Source: Actinomycetota bacterium
GTDB lineage: Bacteria; Actinomycetota; Thermoleophilia; Gaiellales; Gaiellaceae
Assembly (NCBI GenBank): GCA_003139545.1
Contig: PLJC01000008.1
Coordinates: 22,874-86,873 of the forward strand
Direction: 5' to 3'
Length of the DNA stretch: 64,000 nt
Below, one piece after another: positions 16,712 to 25,606 of this stretch. Positions within the stretch are counted from its first letter, which is position 1; each line of letters starts with the position of its first letter. Below the pieces are notes generated by a model. It saw only the letters and a list, made by a program, of their open reading frames with translations, was not told where the DNA came from and did not search any database. The translations under genes were made by a program, and so were the position numbers.

Positions 16712-17119
16712 TCAGCAGAAGCCGCAGTAGTCGATTTCAACTGTCTTGTAGTTCCCCTGGTCGAAGGTTGAGACCTGGAACCTCGGGCCGTTGGCGTTGA
16801 AGACCTTGATCATTGCGGGGAATACGCTGTTCCAGATGTCGACGGGACTCATGCCGACGATGGTCGTTGCCACGCCTTGCTGATCGGCGGCGACCTGTGC
16901 CTTGTAGGTCTGCTCGAGGTTGAGCGCGGCTGCGACCGCATTCTGCGCGGTCGTGAGCTGGTTGTTGGCGCCGTTGAGCGCCTGGGTCAGCTTGGCGACT
17001 TTCTGAGTGAGCGCCGCGTTCTGGCGCTCGAGCGATGCGATCCTGCCGGACGGGCCGGCGGCTGAGGCCGGCCACGCTCCAACCAGAGCGATAACGGCCA
17101 GTACGACAATCGCTTTCAT
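16712..17119 (-). CDS. small secreted coiled-coil protein
   Basis: 135 aa from ATG 17119 with a GGGAGG RBS. Signal peptide [22 protein letters not shown]-terminal CGFC. Confidence 0.7.
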   Translation of the reverse strand: MKAIVVLAVIALVGAWPASAAGPSGRIASLERQNAALTQKVAKLTQALNGANNQLTTAQNAVAAALNLEQTYKAQVAADQQGVATTIVGMSPVDIWNSVFPAMIKVFNANGPRFQVSTFDQGNYKTVEIDYCGFC

Positions 17120-17147
17120 TACGACCTCCCGGCAGTCGAAGAACTCC

Positions 17148-17163
17148 ACACACAACTGTGTGT
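17148..17163. promoter_or_regulatory. palindrome ACACAC-AACT-GTGTGT in the divergent promoter region; candidate XRE operator
   Basis: Perfect 6-4-6 inverted repeat between 16712..17119 (-) and 17198..17431 (+). Confidence 0.4.
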
Positions 17164-17197
17164 AGCACTTGTCTGGGCCTCGTGCCAGCTTCGGGAG

Positions 17198-17431
17198 GTG
17201 GCACCGAGACCCGCCCCACACGTCCGGCTCGGACGGGTCATCCGCCGTCTGCGCGAGGAACGGGGCCTCTCTCAAGAGGAGCTCGCCTACGCGAGTGGCT
17301 TCCACCGCAACTACATCGGGTTCGTCGAACGGGGCGAGCGGAACCCGAGCTGGGACAACGTGATACAGATCGCTGCCACCCTCGGTGTCAGCATCACCGA
17401 GCTCGCCGCCGAGTACGAACGCACGCGGTAG
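17198..17431 (+). CDS. XRE-family HTH transcriptional regulator
   Basis: 77 aa with [40 protein letters not shown]. Confidence 0.8.
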   Translation: MAPRPAPHVRLGRVIRRLREERGLSQEELAYASGFHRNYIGFVERGERNPSWDNVIQIAATLGVSITELAAEYERTR

Positions 17432-17605
17432 GCCTCCCCGCCCGGGCCGCCGAGGGGGTAAGGGGGGTCGAATTAGAAGTTGGCGACCTCTCGAACCCCG
17501 TGCCAACCCCCCGTGCGCGTCCGCGAAATAGGCCTCGTTTTTTCCAACGAGACAAGACAAGTGCTCCGCAGGATTCGCTCCATTTCTGGTCAATTGCCAA
17601 GGAGC

Positions 17606-18100
17606 ATGTCTCGACTCGGGCACAGCGCGAAGTCGACGCCGGCCCAACGCGCCGAGGTTCTGCGTCTGCGCTCTGAAGGACGCACGATCCGCGCGATCGC
17701 GGAAGAGGTGTTCGGCCATGAGCGCCTCCGCGGCCGAGTCGAGCGCATCGTCGCACCCAAGAGGGCTGCCGGATCGGGCTCTGAGTACAAGATGCCGCCG
17801 GGGGTCGAGCTTGAAGATGTTGATTTCGACGCGCTGACCCATCTCGAGCTCCTGCGTCTTCTCATGGACCGAACGCTGCGCTACTGGGCGAAGACCGGTG
17901 AGACACCATCGATGAACGAGCTCTCCAAGCAGCTCGACGTGATGCAGCGGCTTTACAGCATGGAGTCGTATGAGCGGACGCACGAGCTCACGATCGAGCC
18001 CCAGGGCCCGCAGAAAAGCGCGCCGGCGGAAGGCAACGACGCGTTCCCGGAGCTGAAGGGACGCAAGGCCAGAGGTCGAATGACAGACCGCATGCCCTGA
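17606..18100 (+). CDS. hypothetical protein with an N-terminal HTH-like segment
   Basis: 164 aa from ATG 17606, preceded by AAGGAG. N-terminus TPAQRAEVLRLRSEGRTIRAIAEEV. Confidence 0.65.
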   Translation: MSRLGHSAKSTPAQRAEVLRLRSEGRTIRAIAEEVFGHERLRGRVERIVAPKRAAGSGSEYKMPPGVELEDVDFDALTHLELLRLLMDRTLRYWAKTGETPSMNELSKQLDVMQRLYSMESYERTHELTIEPQGPQKSAPAEGNDAFPELKGRKARGRMTDRMP

Positions 18101-18189
18101 GGGGCCGGTAGTCGACGGCGACGGGCGTTCACTCGGGTCGAGGAGGACCGTGGACGCTCGCCGTTCTACTCGATATCACTCCAAATAAC

Positions 18190-19242
18190 TCAGAGATTCG
18201 CCGTCGCCACGAGCTGGAAGCGCGCGGGAAAGACCGCGCGGCCGGCGGCGCGCGCGATGCAGACGACTCCGTCCTCGAGCGGTTGCCGCAGCGCCTCGAG
18301 CGCCGGGCGCTGGAACTCGGCGAGCTCGTCGAGCAGGAGAACGCCCTGGTGCGCAAGGCTCGCCTCGCCGGGACGGATGCCCGGCCCACCGCCGACGATG
18401 GCCGCCGTCGAGGCGCTGTGATGCGGTGCGCGGAACGGCGGCGTATGCAAGAGCGGCTGCTCGGGCGGAAGGAGCCCGGCGACCGAGTGGATGCGCGTGA
18501 CCTCGAGTGCGGCTTCGTCGTCGAGCGGCGGCAGGATGCCCGGCAGGCGACGCGCCAGCATCGTTTTGCCCGTCCCGGGCGGCCCGGCGAGGAGGAGGTT
18601 CTGCCGTCCTGCGGCGGCGATCTCGAGTGCCCGTCGCGCCCGCTCCTGGCCGCGCACCTCGGAGAGGTCGGGGAGCGACACCGCCTCCGGCTCGGCGGGC
18701 GCAGACACGGGCTCGGGCTCGAGCTCGCCCCGCAGGTACGCGACCGCCTCGGCCAGATGAGCGACGGGAATCGGCCGCACGCCGGCGAAGGCCGCCTCCG
18801 GCGCCGACTCGGGCGGGCAGAGCAGGCACTCGATCCCGAGGCGGCGGGCACCCTCGGCGACCGCGAGGACGCCGCCAACGCGGCGCAGGCGGCCGTCGAG
18901 CGCGAGCTCGCCCACGGCCGCGTGCCGGTTCAGCTCAGCCTGCGGGATCTGCCGCGAGGCGGCGAGTATGGCGAGCGCGATCGGCAGGTCGTAGCCGGAG
19001 CCTTCCTTCCGCAGCCCCGCGGGTGCGAGGTTGACGGTGACACGCCCGCGCGGGAAATCGAGCTCGGCGGAGAGGATGCCGCTGCGGACCCGCGTGCGCG
19101 CCTCGGCGCAGGCGCGGTCGGGCAAGCCGACGATGGCGAACGTCGGTAGGCCGTTTTCGTGCACGTCCGCCTCCACCTCGACGCGGCGCGGCTCGAGGCC
19201 GACGAGCGCATGCGTGATCGCGCGTGCAAGCACGCCGACCAC
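18190..19242 (-). pseudogene. comM: comM/yifB (Mg-chelatase-like AAA+ competence protein), 3'-truncated
   Basis: N-terminal Lon-like domain ([26 protein letters not shown]), Walker A GPPGTGKT and Walker [10 protein letters not shown]. It ends at ...FQLVATANL-stop, where homologues continue with NPCPCG and ~150 more residues. An AT-richer sequence follows the stop. Confidence 0.75.
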
Positions 19243-19265
19243 GCTAGGTGGGGAACCGATACGGC

Positions 19266-20648
19266 TTAGTCGAGGATCTTCAACGCGCCGAGCCCGAGCA
19301 GCTCGCGACAGAGCTTCACGGCTTGCTTGTCCGCGCCCAGCTTGCGGAGCGTCTTCTTCCCGTCCAGGCGCTCGACGAGCTCCACTGCCGAGGGCGTCGC
19401 CGGGAGGATCGAGCACGTGCCCTCGGCAAGGACGATCTCGGCGGACTTCCGGCCGAGCTCGCGCTCGAGCCGCAGCGGCATCGCGCGCGCGAGGCGCAGG
19501 TCGAGCAAGCCGTCCGACGACTGTCGACGGTTCGCGAACGCACGCCGGATCTGCTTGTCGGCTTCCTCGAGCGAGTCCTCGTCGATCTCGTCGATGCGCA
19601 CGCTCGTCCGACCCTTCTTCCGGTGCAGCAGGATCGCGCCCTCCCCCACGCCGCGCGCGCCGAGCTCGCTGATGTAGCTCGTCCAGCGCTCGAGCGCCTC
19701 CGCATACGTGCTCGCATCGGCGAAGAAGCTGCCGTTCCAGCTCGCGGCATGCTCGAGCGGATCGCTCTCGATCGACGTCAGGATCCACGCGTCGCACCCG
19801 GTGCCCTTCACCCACGCATTCGGACGTTGTTCCGGCCGGTCCTCGTCGACGATGAGCCAGCTCCCCAGCAGCGTCGCGTAGCCGCCGGGTGAGAGGTGCG
19901 CAGCTGCCTCGCTGACGACGTGCGCGGTGACATCGTCACCGCGGAAACCGCTGTCGCGGTATGCCCACCGCTGCTCAGGCGAGACGACGAACGGTGCGTT
20001 GCACACGACGAGGCCGAAGGTCTCTCCTTCGACGGGCGCGAAGAAGCTGCCGTTGCGGCACTCGATGTTGTCTAGCCCGTTGAGCGCTGCGTTCAGCTCG
20101 GTGTATGCGAGCGCGCGATCGTTGACATCGATCGCGACGACGTGGTCTGCGTGTCTCGCGGCGAGGAGCGCGTGGATCCCGCTGCCCGTGCCGACGTCGA
20201 GCGCACGCCGGACGCGCGGACGCGGCGTCAGCAGGTCGCACGTGCGCGCCGTCGGCGTGTAGGTCGCCACGTAATCCGGCGGGTCGTCGGCATCGCGCGT
20301 GAACCCGTCCGAAGCGAGGAGCGTGTCGTCCACCGGCAGGATGCGCCCAAGCGGGACGAGCTCGTCGCCCCGCCGGCTGACGAGATTCGTGGCGAGAAGC
20401 GCGTCAACGCCGCCGCTTCCGAACGCGGCGACTACCTTGCCCTCGGGAACGCCGAGCTCGAGGTAGAGCAGGCGGATCGCAGTCTCGAGCGGAGACTCCG
20501 ACAGCCGGCGTTCGGCGACGACGACCTCTTCGCGCTCCTCGACCTCGTCGCCGACGAGGTCGGAGATCGCGTCGCTCTCGTAGCCGAGGTCGCGCAGCAC
20601 AGCGCCGAGCACCTCTGCGGCGGGACGATCCGGGACCGGAGACTTCAC
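19266..20648 (-). CDS. class I SAM-dependent methyltransferase with N- and C-terminal extension domains
   Basis: 460 aa. SAM motif [13 protein letters not shown] and an NPPY-like substrate motif VVCNAPFVV. Confidence 0.8.
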   Translation of the reverse strand: MKSPVPDRPAAEVLGAVLRDLGYESDAISDLVGDEVEEREEVVVAERRLSESPLETAIRLLYLELGVPEGKVVAAFGSGGVDALLATNLVSRRGDELVPLGRILPVDDTLLASDGFTRDADDPPDYVATYTPTARTCDLLTPRPRVRRALDVGTGSGIHALLAARHADHVVAIDVNDRALAYTELNAALNGLDNIECRNGSFFAPVEGETFGLVVCNAPFVVSPEQRWAYRDSGFRGDDVTAHVVSEAAAHLSPGGYATLLGSWLIVDEDRPEQRPNAWVKGTGCDAWILTSIESDPLEHAASWNGSFFADASTYAEALERWTSYISELGARGVGEGAILLHRKKGRTSVRIDEIDEDSLEEADKQIRRAFANRRQSSDGLLDLRLARAMPLRLERELGRKSAEIVLAEGTCSILPATPSAVELVERLDGKKTLRKLGADKQAVKLCRELLGLGALKILD

Positions 20649-20657
20649 CAGGCGAGA

Positions 20658-21776
20658 CTACTGGCGCGCGACGAGGACGTCCTCGTAGTACTCACCGGCA
20701 CGTCGGCCCGTTCTCCGGTTCACGTGCCTGCGCAGACGCCCCTCGAGGCGCAACCCCGCCCGTTCGAGGATGACGGGATACAGGTTGCGGCGATCGTTCA
20801 CGACGATCAGGACCGGGGCGTCAGGCGCGAGCGCGGAGGCGGCGTTCGCTAGCGCGGCCGCGATGCCGTCGGTGTACGCGTCGAGCGCTGCCCGCGAGGT
20901 TCCGCCTTCTGCTGCGCCGAGCTCGAGCTCGCGGCGGTCGTCCAGGCCGAGGAGCTCGTACGCATAGCGGTGCTGCTCGTGGTAGTCGATCAGTCCGGGA
21001 TAGGGCGGAGACGTGAGCACGCCGTCGAAGACGGCCTCGTACTCGACCGTGCGCGAATCGCCATGGACGACACGCGCTTCGCGTTCGACGTCCCGGACGG
21101 ACGCGAATTTGGCAATGCGCACCAACGTGTCGAGCGTATAGCGGCGCAGGAAACCCGCGGCCGACTCGACCGGCCGACATGTGCGCCGGTGCTTGTGGCA
21201 CCAGTACTCCCCGACCTGCGGCGCCCGCGGCGCTTCGAGGTCGAAATGTGCCGTGCGACGAGCGGAGCGTGCGGCCCTCGAAAGGATGACGCGCAGCACG
21301 TCTTCGTGTTCGTACTCGCCGATCACGTCGCGGAAGGCGAGCAGCTCCTTCGCCGCCTGCGGCTCGTACCACCTGCGCAGGTATGCCGTGGGCCGTGCCT
21401 TCGTCGCAAGAGAGTCGAGCCGCGCGGAGACATCGCGAAGCTCCGCCCCCAGCGCCTCGACGTCGTAGTGCGCGGTCTTGACGCGCATGAGCAGGCAGTT
21501 GAACGCCGCGAGCTCCGTGCCCGTCGCGTCCATCCCCGACTCGAGCGCCTGCACGAGCGTCGTCCCGGAGCCGGCGAACGGATCGAGCACGCGCCCGCCG
21601 GTCGGCAGGTACCGGTCGAGCAGTACCTCAACGAGCTGCGGGATGAACTTGCCGTGGTACGGATGCAGCCGGTGCACGTGCTTTGTCCGCACGTTCTCTG
21701 GCAGCGCACGCTCCGACCAGGACATCTCACGATCGACGTTTAGGGACGCGTAAAGCTCCTCTTGCGTGGCGGCCAC
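20658..21776 (-). CDS. putative DNA (N4-C/N6-A) methyltransferase, SPPY type
   Basis: 372 aa. HPYHGKFIPQL, motif I VLDPFAGSGTT and motif IV LTSPPYPGLIDY. Confidence 0.75.
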   Translation of the reverse strand: MAATQEELYASLNVDREMSWSERALPENVRTKHVHRLHPYHGKFIPQLVEVLLDRYLPTGGRVLDPFAGSGTTLVQALESGMDATGTELAAFNCLLMRVKTAHYDVEALGAELRDVSARLDSLATKARPTAYLRRWYEPQAAKELLAFRDVIGEYEHEDVLRVILSRAARSARRTAHFDLEAPRAPQVGEYWCHKHRRTCRPVESAAGFLRRYTLDTLVRIAKFASVRDVEREARVVHGDSRTVEYEAVFDGVLTSPPYPGLIDYHEQHRYAYELLGLDDRRELELGAAEGGTSRAALDAYTDGIAAALANAASALAPDAPVLIVVNDRRNLYPVILERAGLRLEGRLRRHVNRRTGRRAGEYYEDVLVARQ

Positions 21777-21893
21777 TGCTCGCTGTTCAACAGGTGTGCA
21801 TGAGGTCCTTGTGAGTGATTACTAGGTCCGTTCGGCGTCCGACTGCTCGCTTACGTTGTTGGAGACCCTTCAACACGCTAAGGAGGTGAATAA

Positions 21894-22208
21894 ATGCCTG
21901 CTCGCTCTTTGACACACGACTGCGCGATTCCGGGGTGTCCCCACCCCGGCCGTAATCAGCTCGGCGTTCGGGATCGCGTCGCACACTCGGGTGCGTCGCC
22001 TTTTCCGAACAAGAAGCGGACCGATGCTCTGTGGTCGCTGGAGACGCCGATGTTCCTTTGCGACGACCACGCCTTGATGGGTGGTGTGGTGCGGCTCACG
22101 TTCGAACCGAACACGAGCCAGGAGATCGTCGTCGAGTCCTCGTGCTGCGGCACCGAGTTCGAGGCCCGGTCCAAGTCGATCAATCAGCCGCTCAGCGAGG
22201 CGGCGTGA
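21894..22208 (+). CDS. small Cys/His-rich hypothetical protein
   Basis: 104 aa. Strong RBS AAGGAGGTG 5 nt (AATAA) before the ATG, within a locally AT-richer divergent promoter region. Cys/His clusters HDCAIPGCPH, LCDDH and SCCG. Confidence 0.7.
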   Translation: MPARSLTHDCAIPGCPHPGRNQLGVRDRVAHSGASPFPNKKRTDALWSLETPMFLCDDHALMGGVVRLTFEPNTSQEIVVESSCCGTEFEARSKSINQPLSEAA

Positions 22209-22255
22209 CCTAAGCGCGCGGCGTGCTCGGGCCGAAAGTCCCGAGCACAGCCTCG

Positions 22256-22732
22256 CTAGTCGGCCAGCCACCCCTGCTTGTAGGGCACTTTCGGGAACTC
22301 GATCCCGGCGTAGGCCTCCTTCGGGCTCGAAGTCTCCTCGGCCACTCCGGCGCCGTGCTTCTGCGCCACCGGGTCGGCCGGATAGAGGACTCCGCGCTCC
22401 CCCGTGCGAGAGCCGACGGCGAGCACGAGGCACGGCCCATCGCTCGCTCCGACGATGGCGTGCGCGACGCCGGCGGGACAGTGGAAGAGGTCCCACTTCC
22501 GCAGCGCCTGCTCCTCGCCCTCGACGATGAGCAGGCACTCCCCTTCGAGCACGAGGAAGTCCTCCTGTGCCGGCTCGCGGTGGTACATCGTCATCGGCTC
22601 GCCCGGCTGCATCACGTTGAGATTGATGCCGAGCTCCGGGAAGCGCTCGCCCTCGCGCTGCCAGTCGCAGAACTTGCCGAGCTTGCAGTCGATCCACGTC
22701 GCGTCGCGCGCGTTCTGCACGAACCAGTCCAT
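22256..22732 (-). CDS. cupin-domain protein
   Basis: 158 aa. MQPGEPMTMYHRE...EDFLVLEGECLLIVEGE...FHCPAGVAH matches cupin motifs 1 and 2. Confidence 0.8.
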   Translation of the reverse strand: MDWFVQNARDATWIDCKLGKFCDWQREGERFPELGINLNVMQPGEPMTMYHREPAQEDFLVLEGECLLIVEGEEQALRKWDLFHCPAGVAHAIVGASDGPCLVLAVGSRTGERGVLYPADPVAQKHGAGVAEETSSPKEAYAGIEFPKVPYKQGWLAD

Positions 22733-22741
22733 GCGGTGATC

Positions 22742-23065
22742 CTAGAACGCGTCGGGAATCCTGCGCAGCCTCCCCTCCCACACGGCGACGACGTCGAAGG
22801 CGACGTCGAGGCCGCCGAGCTCCGGATGTGCCGCCAGCCACGCACGGGCAGCGTTGCGGACGCGGCGCTGCTTCTCCGCAGTGACCATCTCGGCAGGATC
22901 GCCATAGGCGACGCCCCGCTTCTCCTTCACCTCGACGAAGCGCAAGCTCCGACCGCGCCTGGCGACGAGATCGATCTCGTTGCGTCCCGCCCAGACGTTG
23001 GCGCCGAGGATGCGCCAGCCGCGCAGCCGGTACCAGCGCGCGGCCCGGCGCTCGGCCGCATTCAT
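22742..23065 (-). CDS. yraN: YraN-family (UPF0102) endonuclease-like protein
   Basis: 107 aa from ATG 23065. AERRAARWYRLRGWRILGANVWAGRNEIDLVARRGRSLRFVEVK. Confidence 0.85.
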   Translation of the reverse strand: MNAAERRAARWYRLRGWRILGANVWAGRNEIDLVARRGRSLRFVEVKEKRGVAYGDPAEMVTAEKQRRVRNAARAWLAAHPELGGLDVAFDVVAVWEGRLRRIPDAF

Positions 23066-23207
23066 GGGGCGCCTAGCGGCCCATGAACCGGGGAGGGGTT
23101 GAGGTTCTTGCGGGGGAACCGGGAGGTTCTCCCGCACAACATTCGAAGAAGGGAGCTCGTGAGGGAAACACGGTTTCCCTCACGGGAGCGAGCCGAAGGC
23201 GAGCGAC

Positions 23208-23834
23208 TCACCGGTAACAGAGAGCCTGAAACGACAGGCGGTGCACCGCGGATGGGCCGCGCTCGCGCACGACCGCCGAATGTCCGGGCGTGATGTAGCC
23301 GACGTGCTGCGCGAATCCGTACGCGGGATAGAGCGCGTCCAGCCTGCGCATCAGACGGTCACGCGTTACCTTCGCGACAATCGACGCGGCCGCGATCGCC
23401 GCGCTCTTCTCGTCGCCGTCGACGACGGCGGTGTGCTCGGGCGCGAGCGGCCCGAGGCGGAAGCCGTCGACGAGGCACGCGTCCGCGGGCGGCGACAGCG
23501 CCTGCAGCATCGCGCGCAGGCCGGCGAGGTTCGACTTGTGCAGGCCGTTGCGGTCGATGTCGCCGGCGGGGATCGCACGCACGACGACCTTCTCCGCACA
23601 GCCGAGCACGGCGTGGAAGAGCTCCTCGCGCCGCTCCTCGGAGCACTGCTTCGAGTCGTTGAGATACGCGAGCGGCCGCACGCGGTGCTCCTTCAGCGCG
23701 GCGTAGTCGAGCAATACGCCCGCCACGACGAGCGGCCCGGCGAGCGATCCGCGTCCCGCCTCATCGGCGCCGGCGACGAAGCGTGCACCGAGGTTCCGGT
23801 CGAACTTGAGGAGCCTCTGGCCGGTCCGCTTCAC
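23208..23834 (-). CDS. rnhB: ribonuclease HII
   Basis: VAGADEAGRGSLAGPLVVAGV, DSKQCSEERRE, ASIVAKVTRD. Confidence 0.9.
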   Translation of the reverse strand: MKRTGQRLLKFDRNLGARFVAGADEAGRGSLAGPLVVAGVLLDYAALKEHRVRPLAYLNDSKQCSEERREELFHAVLGCAEKVVVRAIPAGDIDRNGLHKSNLAGLRAMLQALSPPADACLVDGFRLGPLAPEHTAVVDGDEKSAAIAAASIVAKVTRDRLMRRLDALYPAYGFAQHVGYITPGHSAVVRERGPSAVHRLSFQALCYR

Positions 23835-23852
23835 GCGGCCGACGATAGCGCG

Positions 23853-24314
23853 CTACTCGGGCGTTGCGACAGTGTCTTCTTCGGCCGCGACCGGTTCCTC
23901 GGTCTCAACCTCAGCAGGCGCGTCCTCGAGCCCAGGCTCGTCGTCGACCACTGCATCCGGCTTCGCGCCGCTGTAGCGCTGCTCGCGGACGCGCGCCTTC
24001 TTGCCGACCCGGCCACGGAGGTAGTAGAGCTTGGCCCGGTTCACGTCGCCGACGGCGGCGACGTCGATCGTCTCGATCTTGGGCGAATGCAGCGGGAATG
24101 TCCGCTCGACGCCGACGCCGAACGACTGCTTCCGGACGGTGAAGGTCTCGCGGGCACCCGAGCCCTGCCGCTTGATCACGATGCCCTCGAACACCTGCAC
24201 GCGGCGGCGCTGGCCCTCGATCACCTGGAAGTGCACGCGCACCGTGTCCCCCGCCTTGAAGCGGGGAACTTTGCGCATTTGGGCGCGCTCGATCGAATCG
24301 ATGACGTTGCTCAT
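23853..24314 (-). CDS. rplS: 50S ribosomal protein L19 (with an acidic C-terminal tail)
   Basis: [33 protein letters not shown]...RTFPLHSP. Confidence 0.95.
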   Translation of the reverse strand: MSNVIDSIERAQMRKVPRFKAGDTVRVHFQVIEGQRRRVQVFEGIVIKRQGSGARETFTVRKQSFGVGVERTFPLHSPKIETIDVAAVGDVNRAKLYYLRGRVGKKARVREQRYSGAKPDAVVDDEPGLEDAPAEVETEEPVAAEEDTVATPE

Positions 24315-24357
24315 GGGAAAAGGCGGCCCGCAGGCCGGAGCGCAGGTTAGCGAATAT

Positions 24358-24963
24358 TCAGGGTTTCTCGGGCGCGATGAGCGCTGCGAGCACGTCTCTG
24401 CCGCCCTGGAGCACGGGAGCGCCGTGCGCGAGGAGGATCCGCTCCACCGGCAGGTCCAGGAGCGGGAGGAGCGACTTCACGAGCTTCTTCGTCGTCGCTC
24501 CCTCGAGCCAGTTCTCCGGGCAGAGCCGGAGCGGCTCCGAGGTCGCATGCGGCTTCGCGCCGGCTCCGAGGAGCACATCCCCGACGACGAGTGCCTTCTG
24601 CTGGGGCAGCCAGTAGACGACCTCGCCCTCGTGGGCGGTCGCGAACGCCTTGATCCCGCCCGGCAGCTCGGGGTCAGCCTCGAACGGGTCGGTGACGACG
24701 ACGCCGCGGTTCTTCAGCTTCCGGCCGCCGCGGGCCTGCGCCCAGACGTGCTCCGCTCCGAGCTCACCGCCGGAGCGGCCGTGCGCGTAGAGGGTGATGA
24801 GCACGTGCGCCGGCGAACGCACCTCCGGCGGCGGGTCGAGCGGGTCGATGAGGACGAGCCCGCCGGGCGTGTCCACGGCGACGGAGCCGACCTCCTGCCG
24901 CCATTCTGGATGCCAGGCCGACCAGCGCCGCAGCCCAGGGGCCACCTGTTCGAGCCTGCTCAT
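24358..24963 (-). CDS. conserved hypothetical protein, degenerate MBL-fold-like
   Basis: 201 aa. [10 protein letters not shown]...[11 protein letters not shown]...ILLAHGAPV has the layout of a metallo-beta-lactamase fold without an intact HxHxDH. Confidence 0.55.
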   Translation of the reverse strand: MSRLEQVAPGLRRWSAWHPEWRQEVGSVAVDTPGGLVLIDPLDPPPEVRSPAHVLITLYAHGRSGGELGAEHVWAQARGGRKLKNRGVVVTDPFEADPELPGGIKAFATAHEGEVVYWLPQQKALVVGDVLLGAGAKPHATSEPLRLCPENWLEGATTKKLVKSLLPLLDLPVERILLAHGAPVLQGGRDVLAALIAPEKP

Positions 24964-24973
24964 GCCAGCTCCT

Positions 24974-25606
24974 TTAGCGGAACCCGATGCGGTTCGGGGG
25001 CCAGTAGACGAAGAACACGGTTCCGATCAAGTTCTTCCGCGGGACCGACCCCCACTCCCGCGAATCGCACGACTCGGCGCGATTGTCTCCCATGAAGAAG
25101 TAGTCGCCCAGGGGCACCTGCCAACTCTTTCCATAATGAGAGGTATCTGCCAAGCGCCGCTGGGCCTGGACGTACGGTTCCGTCAGCTTGTAGAAGGTGG
25201 TCCCGCGGAACGGCTCGATCCAGATATAGCCCTGGTTGTCCTCCTTGATCGTCTCCCCGGGCAGCCCGATCAGCCGCTTGACGAAGGTGCCGCCGGCGCC
25301 GCATTTCACCAGCGCGAGCGGCGGCGTGTTGAAGACGATGATCTGGCCGCGATGCGGGCTGGAGACGTCGAGGCAGACCCGGCAGGCGAGCACGCGGTCG
25401 CTGAAGCCGGCCTCGCATCCGGGCGCGGGCCGCGCGCAGTGCAGCGTCGGCTCCATCGACGACGACGGGATCCGGTACGGATTGACGACGAATGCCTTCA
25501 GGGCGAGGACGATGACGATGGCCCCCGCGATCGTCAGGAACCAGTCCAGCGCCACGCGGACGGGCCGGGGCAGGTTCGGGAAGAGGTGGCCGAGCGGGTC
25601 CCTCAT
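24974..25606 (-). CDS. lepB: signal peptidase I
   Basis: 210 aa from ATG 25606 (ATGA overlap with the trmD stop). TM helix, then IPSSSMEPTL, VKRLIGLPGE and FFMGDNRAESCDSR. Confidence 0.9.
   Translation of the reverse strand: MRDPLGHLFPNLPRPVRVALDWFLTIAGAIVIVLALKAFVVNPYRIPSSSMEPTLHCARPAPGCEAGFSDRVLACRVCLDVSSPHRGQIIVFNTPPLALVKCGAGGTFVKRLIGLPGETIKEDNQGYIWIEPFRGTTFYKLTEPYVQAQRRLADTSHYGKSWQVPLGDYFFMGDNRAESCDSREWGSVPRKNLIGTVFFVYWPPNRIGFR

Noticed and set aside
16712-17983. 423-aa minus-strand ORF
   Set aside because: Only the last 135 aa (signal peptide, good RBS) look like a gene. The remainder overlaps the XRE and HTH genes on the other strand.
1-18195. Integrase, transposase, relaxase or CRISPR array within the accessory block
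   Set aside because: I read all listed frames and found no tyrosine/serine recombinase or DDE-type motifs and no regularly spaced repeats. Absence cannot be proven without HMM searches.
18190-19815. 541-aa version of the ComM ORF
   Set aside because: The first ~190 residues are Arg-rich and overlap the 3' end of the upstream methyltransferase gene. The conserved ComM N-terminus begins at GTG 19242.
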